In this document: one piece after another, positions 51,045-64,000 of the stretch | Position numbering within the stretch: the first letter of the stretch is position 1 | Layout of the letters: each line of letters opens with the position of its first letter | Source of the DNA: Bugula neritina | Lineage: Eukaryota > Animalia > Bryozoa | Assembly: GCA_964035545.1 (NCBI GenBank) | Contig: OZ037765.1 | Coordinates: 16,492,995-16,556,994 of the forward strand | Reading direction: 5' to 3' | DNA: 64,000 bases | Translations under genes and position numbers: made by a program | The notes under the pieces: model-generated | The model's input: only the letters and a program-made list of their open reading frames with translations | Told to the model about the DNA's origin: nothing | Databases searched by the model: none

Positions 51045-51560
51045 TTAAAGTTGAACTTTTAATCTGTTTGCTTTGGCGTCTATAACAGTTCAGTCTTCAC
51101 TCCATGCCCATCCACTTAACTCCAAGTTTACCAACTGCTTCTTTAGCTATACTACGGTTTTTCATAGACTGCTTAGCTGTAAACTAGAAAGTCGCTTCGC
51201 AGCGCATTAAATTCGTATTATATTCTTAGTTGCAATTTATCTCATTGGAATGCGATTGTCTGCCCATACAAAAATGTGACGCCAAAATGTGAAACTTGAA
51301 ACGTGAAGAATTTAGCAGGATGTTCATTCGTGGGGCGGGGTTACCAGAAAAACTCAGTAATGCGGAGTTATCTCCCTGTATTGCATTTTCAACTGGTTGA
51401 AATACTCTTTATCGTGGAAGTCAATTTTGTTGAAGAAGATACTTCGAGCTCGAAGTTCAGTTCTCATTCTATATCAATATGAATATGCAATAAAATAACT
51501 TAAACTATCGACACTAAAACGCAAATAATATAAACATTTTTGCTTGTATAAGTAAATACA
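51045..51560. promoter_or_regulatory. Putative bidirectional promoter of ZnT1 (-) and PHF12 (+)
   Basis: CpG-enriched patch with a GC box (GGGGCGGGG at ~51332) between divergent genes. Candidate minus-strand donor near 51044; both ATG exons are preceded by splice acceptors (50659-50660 and 53556-53557). Confidence 0.6.
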
Positions 51561-51589
51561 TAAGCCTATGATTTAAAATATAGGAAATA

Positions 51590-52990
51590 AAGCTAATGAC
51601 ATGATACTCGTACTACTGATACTCAGTAATAGAGTAAACTAGAAAATTAAAACAAGAATTTGAAAAAAGGCTTATGCCTTATAGTTATACTTAAAGTTAA
51701 AGCTATATTTAGAGTTAGTCTTACAATCTAAATTTCCACAATAGCAATGATTTGGTCACCAGGAATAATCATAGTGATAATGATTATCATTATGACAATT
51801 AAAATGAATGTGACAATCTCTGGCCCAGCCAATGGCAAAGGTAAAGCTCAGGCATGTACATGAGTCTTGAAAGTGATGACCACGGTTTGTTAACCATACT
51901 CTGATACAGTGATATAGTCATACTGATAATCATACTGATAGTAATGAGCATGACTAAAGGCTGGCAAATGCAAGAGACATTTACCTTACAGAGTTTTCCC
52001 TGACAATTACATGTTTTAAGTTGAAGCTTGATCACCATGATTACTAGGATGACAATAATGATGATTAGTGATGATTACTAATAGTAATGGTAATGGCCTG
52101 TACAGCATGAGTACCAGTATGACTATGACTGTTACTATGAGTATGAATTTTAGTATAACTATGACATAATACTATTAGTATTAGTATCAGTTTTATTATG
52201 ACTAGAGTAGGCATTAGTATTGTTATTGGAGACCGATTATTTGTTATAATTATTAATTATGATAATCTAAATAAGATTGAGGTTATCATTATAATTATGA
52301 GAAGCTTTAACTTCAAGTTCAACCATTAGATGATGATGATGAGTGATGGTTACTCACTAAATATACAGGTAATACTCTGTAATTGTACAGTAGGGGTATT
52401 AACATAAGTAACTCAGTATTACTATCAGTATGAATATGACTATCACCATGAGTTTCAGTATGAGTATAACTAATATTATCATGATAAAATATTACTATTA
52501 CCATAAAGTTGATAACCATGATGATAATAAATATCAATGTGATAACTATTAGACTTTAGAGTATAACTCAGTAACGTATTACATTTACTGTTTAGTTTTA
52601 CTAACATACTTACTAACACTATTAGTAATAGTATCACTTTAATTAGTATTACTGTTAGTATAGCTACAAATATAAGACTAAGAATAAGATTAAGTTCCAG
52701 TATGAGTATGACTGTAACATTAACTAAATCATTAAGTTTAACCATCACTATCACTATGAAATTGACTTTGACTATGAGTAACTGCAAGTGCAAGTATTAC
52801 TATTGGTACGAGTATCGTTATATTTATTAGTTATAATTATTTATTATGACTATGATTTATTCTTATGACTATGAGTATGCCAAAATAAAAATGAAAATCA
52901 GATTGAGATTATCATTATGATTATGAGTACAGAGTTGAGAGTAGCTTTAACCTTAACTTTTACTTTTAGAACTATTAATAGTCACTAAAG
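51590..52990. repeat. Degenerate hexamer-periodic tract in the putative first intron of PHF12
   Basis: agtatgactatgactgttactatgagtatgaat, atactattagtattagtatcagt and gatatagtcatactgataatcatactgatagtaatgagcatgact. Confidence 0.8.
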
Positions 52991-53017
52991 TAGTGTTACA
53001 ATTATATTTGAAGCGCG

Positions 53018-53018
<1 letters not shown>

Positions 53019-53076
<58 letters not shown>
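53019..53076. repeat. (TA)n microsatellite, ~29 units
   Basis: Uninterrupted TA run. Confidence 0.98.
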
Positions 53077-53081
<5 letters not shown>

Positions 53082-53595
53082 AAATTGTATTAAAACTGTA
53101 TTATATTATTGTCACAATAAAGTGGAATATAAATCATATTTTAGTTTATGCTTTGAAGTCTAGTCAGTTCAAAGACAAGTTTAACACAACTTGGCTTTGC
53201 TTACAGACAACTATTTTGCTAATGCAATTGTTTCCACAGTTGTAGCAATCAGTTTGACTAATATTCAAGCCAAACCGAAGCTTATCTGGGCTGTTTCCTA
53301 TTTAAGTTGGTTGGGAATAAATAACGATGTTCATATTGTCCTTAATATAACCAATAACTTGGTGCACAGTTTCATCAATTAGTTACACGTTAATAAAATT
53401 ATTTTCAACTCAAAGTAAGTTAAATAGATGCTGCAAAATAAAGTGCTTTCCCCAATCTGCTTGAAGGTAAAATTTATGCCATACGTTATTTAAGGTATGT
53501 AAAAGAAATAGTGTTGACGGTAAAGCAAAATATAATGTGTATTCTCAAATTATGTAGGGTGTTGGTGATTGTAAAGACTATTGGTGAATGTTAAA

Positions 53596-56500
53596 ATGGC
53601 TAGCGGAGAATTTGACATCAGTAGTATATCTACTTCAGGCTCAATGATGGAGGTTAGTCAGATTCCAAAATTATCAAATTTGTTAATATTTAAAGGTTTC
53701 TATGTAATGCTTGTCATTCATAATGTGTGGCGAGTGATTCCATTCTATAAAATAGTATCGACTTTTTGCTTTGTGAAACTTGGTTCAATTTTTTTCTAAA
53801 CAGCACATACAAAAGATGATTGCACCTCCCATGAGTGATGAAGCCTTGAAACGGCAGCGTAAGGCAGAGCGAGAAGCCAATCAGGCATACAAAGTTCGTC
53901 CAGGAAAGAATCATGACACATGTGACAGCTGCAAAGAAGGTGGCGATTTGCTATGTTGTGATAAGTGTCCTTGTGCTTTTCATCTGCAGTGTCAGTAAGT
54001 ATGCCATATAGTTTTGAACTTAGGTATGAGAACAATAAATTAAACGTTTTTTTGTAGAGTTCATACCTGTATTAATCTTTAGCCAATGTAAACAGAAAAT
54101 AAAATAATTAGTGTAATGTTTATTTACAGATTGTTTAGAAGTTGGTGCTTTTTAATTGTATCTGATTTATTGTTTCAACTGCCAGAGCTTGTGAAATGTA
54201 TATCTTGGGTGAATCACTACCACATGTGAATTATTTACAGTGTTTTGTGTGTTTTTGTGATCAAAGATTGATGAGCTACATGCTGTTGTTTTATTATAAG
54301 TTTATCCTGCTATTGTTCAAACTAAAGTACACCAATAACTATAACATATTGAGCTGGTTTAGTGCTCTCTAGTTAAAAGAAACTAAATTATTGCTTGCAA
54401 TAATGTATCTCTCCTCTTGTTTGAATAGGATGATGTGTCAGTGGATTATCATTGTCCTATTGATGTCATGATTTCTTTTGGTCATCAGTCATATCTGAAC
54501 AGAGTAACTCAATGATATTCATATTCTAATTCACTAACCAAATTAAATTTCACAGCACTATTGCTTGTTTTGAGTACATGAATATAGCACAGAATTGCCT
54601 TTCTTGTTACAGTGACCCACCTCTTGAAGAGGAAGATGTGCCTAAGGGAGAGTGGCTATGTCATAAGTGCAAAGCAGAAATGGCAGCCACTCAGGTTAAA
54701 CGTAATCTTCCAAATGTTTTGCGGCCATTTTTAATACAATATCGAATTCAGTTCATTTAAACTGTTGGCTGGTTTGTACAATTGCTGTCTGGTTTTGAAT
54801 CTTATAAAAAGCATATTACAGTGTTTCAATAGCTCTAATTCTCCATTTTCTCACTCCATTTTCCTACGTATCATTATTAGTTTAACTGCAGCCAATTTGA
54901 GATATAAAACAATCACAGTTTGATCTGGGTAGCTCTGTACCCAGCTCGTCTTCTCAGCTCAAACTCAGTTTAATCTCGGGCTAGCCAATCTATTGACAAA
55001 CGCCATATTGATTTGAGCTGAGCAGCTCACACAACAAAGAGGTAAAATGTAGGCTGCCTGCGAAAGCTTACATCTAGTTTTTAAGTGACAGGATAACATG
55101 CTAGCCCCTGCTAGTGAAAATAGATTCTGCTAGTGTTTTCAGTATCTGTGTTGAATGATCAAAATTTTCATTCTCAACTGCCAGCAGAGATGGGAGAGAT
55201 GATGTATTGTAATGATATATTTGAACGCATGGTTGGTAACATTTACAATATTGAAATAGGCAGTTGGAACAAATGAAAATTTGTAGTTAGGCAGTGGGGA
55301 GTTGTCAGTTTAATAAAAAATACTTATTTAACTAATATAGCCTTGACCAATGTAAGTAGATGAGCTAGATGTACATAGCCAACTGTTCTAACTTGTTTCA
55401 TTCACATAAGAGGGGGGCAACTACTCAAAATCACTCGAAAACTGGATGTACTAAGCAGAACTGGCTTCAGTTAAACTGAAATCGATACATGACAAACCAG
55501 CGATTATGTTATACAGAACCTGTTGAGAATTGTTTGCCCTCTCATTTGGATTTACTGCTAATTATATAATATATGTGCTCTGTGTTTATAATTTCTACTT
55601 TATTTAAAAATATTACCAAATACCTGATTATAACATGTATATAACATTTTTAAATACATGCTCATCAAATTTTAGGCTGCCACTGCAAATAACAGCCGAG
55701 TTATCATAAACCTGCCTATCGGATTGCCTGAGCTGGGTGGGCTAACTGAACACCCCTTGCAGACTTTAGCCAGAGCTGCCAGAATGATGAATCCTGGCCA
55801 AATGGATATTCAAAAGTCTTTTATACCTCACATACAGCTGCCTGGTAACCTTTGCAGCATGAATCTGTATCTGTTTGTCACACAGTTATTTGATTACAAG
55901 GATTAGATACATGCAGAAAATCCCAACAAACACATGCTAATTGAGAGACACAAGTACCAAATTATTCAACATTATTTAAACTCGAAATAGCAGTCATAAA
56001 ATTTTGACAACTCCAATATTTAATAATTTTATTTTTTATGAATGTTCTTTATATTTCACAATTACTTTGAATTGCTTAAGATTTAACCCTAACATATTTT
56101 GTCCAACGGCCTGTTCTGTAAGGGTATTGTGCACTCTCTTCTGTTTCTTAGGTACAAGTAAACGGAAGAGTAATTGGCGAGATGTTGGCAAAGGACCCCC
56201 AGTAAAGAAGGCAGCCCATGAACTAGACAATGGAATTGTGCCTCTGCCAGCCAAGATCTGCTTCATGTGCTCCAAGTATGTTGTGTTCCTCTGTTAATAG
56301 AAATAGTAGCTGTAAGGAGGCGGTTGCTGGTGAATATTATTGTTGTAAGAAGACTGCAGTGGTTCCATTGCCCTTTCAGTTGCTAAATACACTTATAGAA
56401 TAGTGGAGCTAATCATGTTGTTAGTTAAATGAATCTGAAGAGTGTTGGAACTTTTGAAACAGTACAAGCAAAGGAGTTTCGCTGCTGTAACATTTATAGT

Positions 56501-59500
56501 TTACCTTTTTGTTTAACTTGGCAGTAGTTTAATTCAGTAAGATTATTATCTAGTTGTAGCTCTTGCTTGAAATATTTTGATAAAAATAGGAAGTTTTAAA
56601 TATGACTATCTTTTAAAAGTATATATTTTGTTTTCACAAGCATTTTATTTGTTTCCAAAATTATTTTTGTAATATACTTGGTATCTCACTGAAGTAACTT
56701 CTTGTAATAATGTTGCTGATAGGAACTGCAGATACTCCCCTCTCATACAGTGTGACTATTGTCCTCTTCTCTTTCATATGGACTGCTTGAATCCGCCACT
56801 GACTGTATTGCCTACAGGGAGGTGGATGTGCCCAAACCATGCTGAGCACATCATTGTAAGTCTTTTGCAAGGCAAGAAGTAGTTACTTATCGTATAAGCA
56901 TGTAGCTGTGTCACAAAGTTGGTGTACAGTGTGGCGGTTCGTTTAGAAATATATGGTATCTGAAAATACAAAAGTATCTTTCTCTGCCAGATTTAGAGAT
57001 GAGATTTCCTGTAGTGGTATAATTAATGGCCTTTGTTTAGCTGTGTGGTTTATAAGAATTTTATTATTGAACTCCACTTTAAAAATAAAGCAACTGCTTT
57101 TATATTAACTTGATACATAGTCTCGAAAATTTCATTGCATTCCATACTGAGTATGAATCATGTAGAACTGACATAGTGCAATAAACAATGGACTAAGTAT
57201 ATAAACAAGTATGGCCAATAATAGGTTGCCCTAAATATAAGTGTTATAAGTTTAGGTTAATAACAAATGAGTAAGGTATATATAATTATTTATAAAGTAG
57301 AATTTGGAACATCCTGACTTCCCTGGTTCCACTGTGGCTAACAATTCTTGTTCAGTTAGCTCTAAATTTCACTTCCTTGTTTTTTCTTGCATTTTAGGAT
57401 GAAAAGTTGCTTGCTAGCAGCTCAGTTACTGAGAAAATCAAGCTATACGACAGATATTGCGGGGCTGTTGATCAGCACACTGTAAAAATGGCTTTCCTGA
57501 AAAAAGTGCACCGGCAACACCCTCCCTTTAGAATGAAAACCGTAGCTGCCAGACGGGAGACAATTGAAGTTCCAGAGGCTATACGAGCTCATTACAAGTA
57601 TGTATAAACTGTGCCAGAAGTGAGGGTCTGCTTTATTTTAACAGGCAATAGTTTTATTTTCCACATGCTTTTTACATATTTTTACAAATATTATTGGTCT
57701 ATTTTAAAGTTAAGTATTTTCACTATGTTTTAAAATTGCTCACATTTTGCTGAATAACATCCTACACTCTAAGGGTGTCTAACATTTTTGCCATTTGTTA
57801 ATATTTCTATACCTCATGCTGTCCATCATACAAATATTGTTACAAAACCTCCAACTTACACAATAAAATGTGTTATAATTGTCAGCAACTAAAAAGCATT
57901 TTCTTGTTTTTTATGGGGAATATTTTTATGCATGGTATAGTTTTTGCCTATGCTAACAGATCATGCCTGTCCCTACACTAGGTTAGAGTTTAAAAGCTTT
58001 CGGGTCACATGTTGTTTTTGGATCTGTAGTTAAAAAAAGCTGTGTTCTAAAGTTTTCCTGTCTTTTCTATTTGTATCATTAAATTAGTCGGTATAAAATG
58101 TTGGTGTTTATTGCTGGTGCATTTCTGCAATGAATCACCACACACCGATCTGCTTGGGTCACAAACACCGAGTGTATGCGCTTGCAGGTACCCTGTGAAC
58201 CCTCTACCTGTAGCTTCACCTGAGTCTGTCGACAAATCAGCAGTGGAATGTAAAAATACTAATGGGGCACCGCTCTCTTTAGATCTCATTGCAGATGAGA
58301 CAAAGAAGCCGTTGGCTACAGAACAAGAACAAGAGCAGGTATACCTTGCTAGGGAACTTGAACTGCTCCTCTTGCTATCAAAATATTCATCTTAAACTGT
58401 GAAATCATCCTCCACTCTGAATATTGTTTAGTTAATTGTGTGTTATTAAAAACCTAAGTTTATTTTAAAATTATCTTTAGATTTAATCAATTCTGAAATA
58501 ATTTTAATGACAATGTAGATATAAAATATTTTAACTGAGACATTCAAGGTTTAACAACTTGAGCTGCCATACAAGACTGTGCTGGTGCACACACACATGT
58601 ATGTCGGGCACATAACTAAGTTGTATCCTGTACCAAGTATTGATCTGAGTGTGTATATTGTTGTTGTGTTAGTGGCTGACCTCCATCATAAGTCTACAGA
58701 CCAGCATAGCCCAGCATTTGGCCCAGAGACAACTGGGAAGTACCACTAAGAAACCACTCTCTTCAGGGCAGGCTCTTAGATCTGACACTCCATCTCCCAC
58801 ACCTTCTAATGGTCAGTTCTACATTCTAAACACACTATAAATTATTTCATTGCTGGACTATTTACTTGTTTAGAAAGTTATTCAACACCTTCTAAAAGTC
58901 TAGAGTTTAGATTAACAATTTTATGCTAAAATCTTTGCTAGGTGAATTTCAATTTGATTTCTTCATTAATGTTTCTGATGATGTGTACAGCATTGTGCTA
59001 TTTTCTCCAGAGTAAAATTCTCCTTCAAACTTGGAATTGTCTCAACTCAAAGCATAGCATCAAGTGTGTCCAGTGAAGGAATGAGTAGAAGATAGCTGTT
59101 TCTGGTACAACAAATAGAAGTGCTGCATTGTACACATCCTATGAACCGTACATGTTATCATTATCATCTCAATATTTTTATAATGGTGTATAATGGTTTG
59201 AAATATCCTTGTAGGCAGCACAGCAAGTTCCACATCATCAGATGCTATTGCCATCAGTATGAAAGCAGGGGTGTCCCTGTTGGTGCCGCCAAGTAGATCT
59301 AATAGTGTCGACGCTACCTCAGACCATTCTCTACTTGCTGATGACGGTAAACCGAAGCCTATGTCTTCTCTGCTCCCATCTCAGCCACGTGTTGGAAAGA
59401 TTCTCACCAAACCAACTTCTGTCAAGCTTAATGCAAATCCAGCACTTGGAACAGGTTGGTGCAAGGTGTAGCTTGCGCTCTCAATTATTGTAAATATCCC

Positions 59501-60987
59501 TTTTAATAGAACATTAAAGCTGCAAAGTTGAATTACATATGTTTTGTTGACGAGGAGATGTTTACTCAATGTAGTTGGATGAAGACAAACCATCTGTAAT
59601 ACTAACTCAACTAAACACTGCCAATGAAGAAAATGCTATTTTTTTTTGTATCAAGTCTGGTATAAAATACAATTTTCAAGGAATCAGTTTTTAAATTGCG
59701 TTTTGCTGCAAATTTTTCTTCAATCATGTTTTTTGTTGCAGATAATATTTCCTATATTAAAACTTGAAAAGTCGTATAACTGTCTGTTGTGCAGCAGAAA
59801 AGCTGTGTGTTGATAATTTGGTCAAAAGTTAAAAGCAGATTTAAAAAAAGTTATTGCATATTTTAGGAATGAAATTAAATGCAGCTTATTGCTGTTGGCT
59901 TTTTTTTATATAAAATAGCAAGTGTAGAAATGACTATAGAATGTGTGATACTCAATGTCGAAGTTGTCCTCTCTTCAATTGAACTTTCTATCGTATTTTA
60001 TTAAGCATTTTAAATTACTCTCTAGTCTCTTAGATTTTGAAAAATCTGTAATAGTCATAGTTTTAATTTTTGCTACAGTCGATAATTTGAATAAATGCTA
60101 TAATAAATTTATAATTCAGGAATTTATTAGTAGAGAAATTCTATTGATGAGTTCTTAACCGATATTGACACATACTTAACTGTGAAAATGACTTTTACAT
60201 TCGATGTGCACATATAGGAGAAATTTTAAAATATTGACCAGAGTATTTGATTTTTCTTGTTGCACTTACTGAAAAATAATCAATTAAGGGAACTGATTGA
60301 GATAAATTTTTCAACTATTCCGAGGTTGATACAATGTTCTGTTTGTTACAAAAATTCTTATTTTATAAAATTATTTTCCTTTTGCAGTTAAAACTGGTTC
60401 CAATCCGCCCTCAAATCAAGCTGTTAGCCAACTCAACAATACACTGCAGTCGTATATTGATGGAAATGCTGGTAAAGCTTTAGATTATTTTGTCGCTTGC
60501 ATATATAAGAGTATTATGTAGATACACTGTTACATGAACACACAGTATGTAATGTTGCTATGTAGATACACTGTTACATGGACACACAGTATGTAATGTT
60601 GCTATGTAGATACACTGTTACATGAACACACAGTATGTAATGTTGCTATGTAGATACACTGTTACATGGACACACAGTATGTAATGTTGCTATGTAGATA
60701 CACTGTTACATGGACACACAGTATGTAATGTTGCTATGTAGATACACTGTTACATGGACACACAGTATGTAATGTTGCTATGTAGATACACTATTACATG
60801 GACACACGGTATGACAAGTATAGCAGGACATACCTACTGTATATTTTGCTAGATATTGAGTTGAGTAAACTTGATGAGAAGTTGCTTCGGATTCTCGCAT
60901 GGCAGAGACTTCAGCAACTCATCCCTAAAGTGCCCCAGTCCCCCAAACCAGCCTCCGACTCTCTAACTCAGCTTCTTACCTCCACTG
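53596..60987 (+). CDS. PHF12: PHD finger protein 12 (Pf1, SIN3-HDAC complex subunit); 3'-partial
   Basis: Exons 53596-53652, 53804-53994, 54613-54694, 55676-55844, 56152-56275, 56723-56855, 57398-57597, 58188-58338, 58673-58811, 59215-59454, 60388-60471 and 60853-60987; phase-consistent. PHD1 is [33 protein letters not shown]...GEWLCHKC and PHD2 is [32 protein letters not shown]...[11 protein letters not shown]12-typical [27 protein letters not shown] and [17 protein letters not shown] are present. The expected C-terminal FHA exons lie beyond the window. Confidence 0.95.
60515..60813. repeat. 44-bp minisatellite, ~6.8 copies, in a PHF12 intron
   Basis: Unit tatgtagatacactgttacatg(a/g)acacacagtatgtaatgttgc at 60515, 60559, 60603, 60647, 60691 and 60735, with a partial copy at 60779. 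Confidence 0.97.
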
Positions 60988-61106
60988 GTGAGTTCGCCAT
61001 GGTTTCCTGTTTTTAGTGTAGCCTCGTACTTTTAGTCGCCATTCTTCAACATATTTGGAACTTTATTTTGGGCACATATAAACTAGCAATTCATGTTTCC
61101 TTAGAA

Positions 61107-64000
61107 CAGTAGTTCCCAACCGGGGGGGGGGGAATTTGAGCTTTTTAGGGGGGAATTAAATTTCTGGAAATTTCACGCAGTTCGCAAACCGGTTTTTGAG
61201 CACTTTCCTCGTTTTCCAAGTTGCATGTGTAATCTAAATGCCATCATCTTAGTTCACTTATTTATTTAAGCTGCATTTTACAATTTAAGTATACTTCTTT
61301 ATTAATCACTGTACAGTCTTCACTCTACCATAACTGCTACCTATATCTACTTCACACTGATTATAATTACACCTTTTTTTCCTGCCCTTTTGTTTATGAT
61401 GAAAACATTTGTACTGGGTAGCCTTTACTACTGTAACTTCATAAAATTTACTCATCACCATTAAAACCCTACATCCATATTGCATATTTCATTGAAATTG
61501 AAATTACCAAATTTCATAATAGAGACCAACCAGTGACAATTCTGATAACATAATCTTCAATATTTTCTAAATTTATAAATTTAATGTACATGGAATGCTT
61601 CAGATGGCACATAAAATTCCCATTCACTTTTGCGACAATTTGCTATGAGCATGTTGGGGGGGGGGAGTTAGCATAATATGAGAACCAGAAGCAGAGGGAA
61701 ACACATTGCTGTTGCTGTAAGCTTAAGGAAAACCTATTAGTTTGTAATTAAAAATACTCTTGTGTTTACATAGTGACAGTTTTAGTTGAGTGAGATGTCA
61801 GCTGTGTCATAACTAACTATAATCAACAGCATTTTGCTTTGTAATGAATCACTTTTCAGGGCAACCCACAAATTATTATTTCTTAGAAAAGTGAGTCAGC
61901 TTCCTGTTGGATATGTATTTATACCATGGATCTTAACATCATAGCCACTTGCATGTAAAATCTGTGATGAGAGTTTTAATTAGAACGCTACAAGAAACAT
62001 ACATTATTGCATTCAGCCTTAGAAAGTAGGAATAAATTATACATATCTCATAATATGTGGCTAATAATGTTTTTATTTTATAATAATGTCTTATACAAAA
62101 TATTATTTTTTATAATTAACCTTGAACATCTTTAGATATTTTTGCATACTTGTGTACACACACACACGCACATACACACATGAAATTATTGAAATACATA
62201 TTCTAACTGACTTGGGTGAATACAATACAATAACCTAACGTGAACTTTCAGGCACCAGTAAGTCAAAATCATCTAACACTTTTTTCGTTATTTGATTTTT
62301 AAGGAAACTGTTGCAGCATGTTTAAAGCGAAGAAGCGAATTTACAGCGACATTTACCTGGAATATGGTTTCTCATACATAACAAAGGATAACCTGCAGTT
62401 ACTGCTATGTGTGATATGTTTGAAGACCCTGTATAATGACTCTATGAAGCCATTTCAGTTAAAGGTCGAGAGTTTTTTGAGTCTAAAGAACGCCAAGCAA
62501 AATGTTGTAGATTATATGCTAGTGGCCATATGCATGCTCAAAACCATGCCATTGTTGAAGCACCATATGTTGCTTCATTTCTCATAGCACAAAGTAAACA
62601 ACCGCACACAATCGGGGAGACTTTGATAAAACCCTGCATGCTTGATTGTGCATCAATAGTACTTGGTAAACCAGCTGAGCGGAAACTTCGAGACATTTCA
62701 CTTTCCAGCAACACTGTGAAGAGACGTATTGATGACATTGCCACTGATATTGAAGAGAAAGTAATTGCTAAAATCAAACAGTCGCCATTCTTCTCCGTAC
62801 AACTTGATGAGTCCACTGATGTAGCTAATATTTCTCAATTATTAGTGTACAGTAAGTACGTGCACGGCAAATCTATAGAAGAAGAGTTTATGTTTTGTCA
62901 GCCCTTACTTACGACAACATCAGCTGCAGATGTGATGCAGCTTGTTGACCAATACTTTGAGAGAACTGGGCTTATGTGGAAAAATGTAATTAGTGTATGT
63001 ACAGATGAAGCTCCAGCCATGCTGCGATCAAGATCAGGATTTGTACAGCTGGCAAGGAAGGAAAATCCTGACATAGAAGGTGCGCATAGCTTTATTCATC
63101 GTGAGGCACTCGCTTCAAGAACACTACCACAGGCAATGAAATCTAACTTAGCAACAAACATCAAAATTGTGAATTACATCAAGGCTTCAGCACTAAACAC
63201 TCGACTGTTTTCAGCACTTTGTCATGAGAGTGACGCTGCATTCACCACTTTGCTTTTTCACACTGAAGTAAGATGGTTATCCAAAGGAAACATGCTAGCT
63301 CGGCTCTTTGAGCTGCGAATGGAAGTCAAAAAATTTCTTGAAAGTAAAAACCAACAGGAACTTTTAGCAGCTATGCAAGCTAATTTATTTGAACTATGTA
63401 CTGCTTACTTAGTAGATATATTTGCTGCACTAAACAACCTGAATTTACGAATGCAAGGATGCAATCATTATGTCATTGCTTTTCATAGCAGCATCAATGC
63501 TTTCAAGGCGAAACTAAAGTTGTGGCAGACTCGCGCTCTTGTGAAAAATATGGTGTCCCCCCATACTCAATGAACAAATGAACCTGTTCCAAAGCCTTTT
63601 GCAAAAAACATCTCTGAGCATCTCAGTGAACTATTAGCAGTTTGAACGATATTTTCCAGAGCTACCCCCAGAAAAGGAGAAGATTATTGACTTAGCACGC
63701 AATCCATCTCAGCGCTCTGTTGAAGAAATTCCAGAAGAGTTGCAGGAGGACTTCATTGAGCTGATTAACAATCCTGCATTGAAAGATGAGTTTAAATCTT
63801 TGCCAATTGAGGAATTTTGGGTGTCTGCAAGTAAAATCCATCCACAAATAGCTGAAAAAGCACTAAAAGTTTTGGTGCCATTCAGCACCACTTATTTATG
63901 TGAAGTGGGATTTTCATCCATGTTGACTATCAAAAATGAAAAAAGAAACTGCCTTGATCTGCAGAGTGACCTGAGATGTGCCCTGTCTAAAACCGAGCCA
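61107..64000 (+). mobile_element. hAT DNA transposon, Buster/Charlie group, inserted in a PHF12 intron; right end outside window
   Basis: Left TIR CAGTAGTTCCCAACC, preceded by CCTTAGAA (NNNTANNN target typical of Buster elements); transposase remnants from 62318 to the window end. Confidence 0.9.
62318..64000 (+). pseudogene. Disrupted hAT (ZBED5/SCAND3/Buster-like) transposase
   Basis: BED-finger start (YLEYGF...CVICLKTLYNDSMKP) is followed by a frameshifting deletion at ~62463 that removes the His ligands. Core motifs KQPHTIGETLIKPC, QLDESTD, CTDEAPAM, HSFIHREALA and LLFHTEVRWLSKG follow. Premature stop at 63571-63573 with further indels, then C-terminal PFSTTYLCEVGFS...KRNCLDLQSDLRCALS. 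Confidence 0.9.

Noticed and set aside
52319-52793. Hydrophobic or His/Thr-rich short ORFs (also 34024-34206 and 51799-52038)
   Set aside because: By-products of the 3/6-nt periodic low-complexity tracts; no splice or homology support.
60515-60813. Regular direct repeats resembling a CRISPR array
   Set aside because: Head-to-tail units without unique spacers, inside a eukaryotic intron, with no cas genes.
62318-64000. Domesticated ZBED/SCAND3-like host gene
   Set aside because: It retains a TIR and target site and carries frameshifts, a premature stop and a deleted BED finger; it is a decayed transposon copy.

Overview
AT-rich, intron-containing animal (invertebrate-like) genomic DNA; nothing prokaryotic, no CRISPR, rRNA or true tRNA recognised. 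Six protein-coding genes were rebuilt by hand from GT-AG splice sites and reading-frame phase. These are two ARID5-family paralogs arranged tail-to-tail (+ copy 5'-truncated by the window edge; - copy complete apart from its start exon), DHX15/Prp43 (-), POLR2L/RPB10 (+), a ZnT1/SLC30A1-type zinc exporter (-) and PHF12 (+, runs off the 3' end). DHX15/POLR2L and ZnT1/PHF12 are head-to-head pairs. Repeats include a decayed Buster/Charlie-type hAT transposon in a PHF12 intron, two copies of one hAT-like MITE, a second MITE with an 8-bp TSD, RTE and CR1/L2-like LINE fragments, tRNA-derived SINE remnants and tandem repeats. Most notable observations: (1) the inverted ARID5 pair shares three 95-97% identical islands lying almost entirely outside the ARID core, while an ARID core exon is only ~81% identical, suggesting patchy gene conversion plus selection on unannotated peptide modules; (2) degenerate hexamer-periodic AT-rich tracts were seen only beside the three putative promoters; (3) the hAT element offers a splice acceptor in frame with PHF12. 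All counts and coordinates are by eye, and family calls come from recalled sequences; no searches were run.
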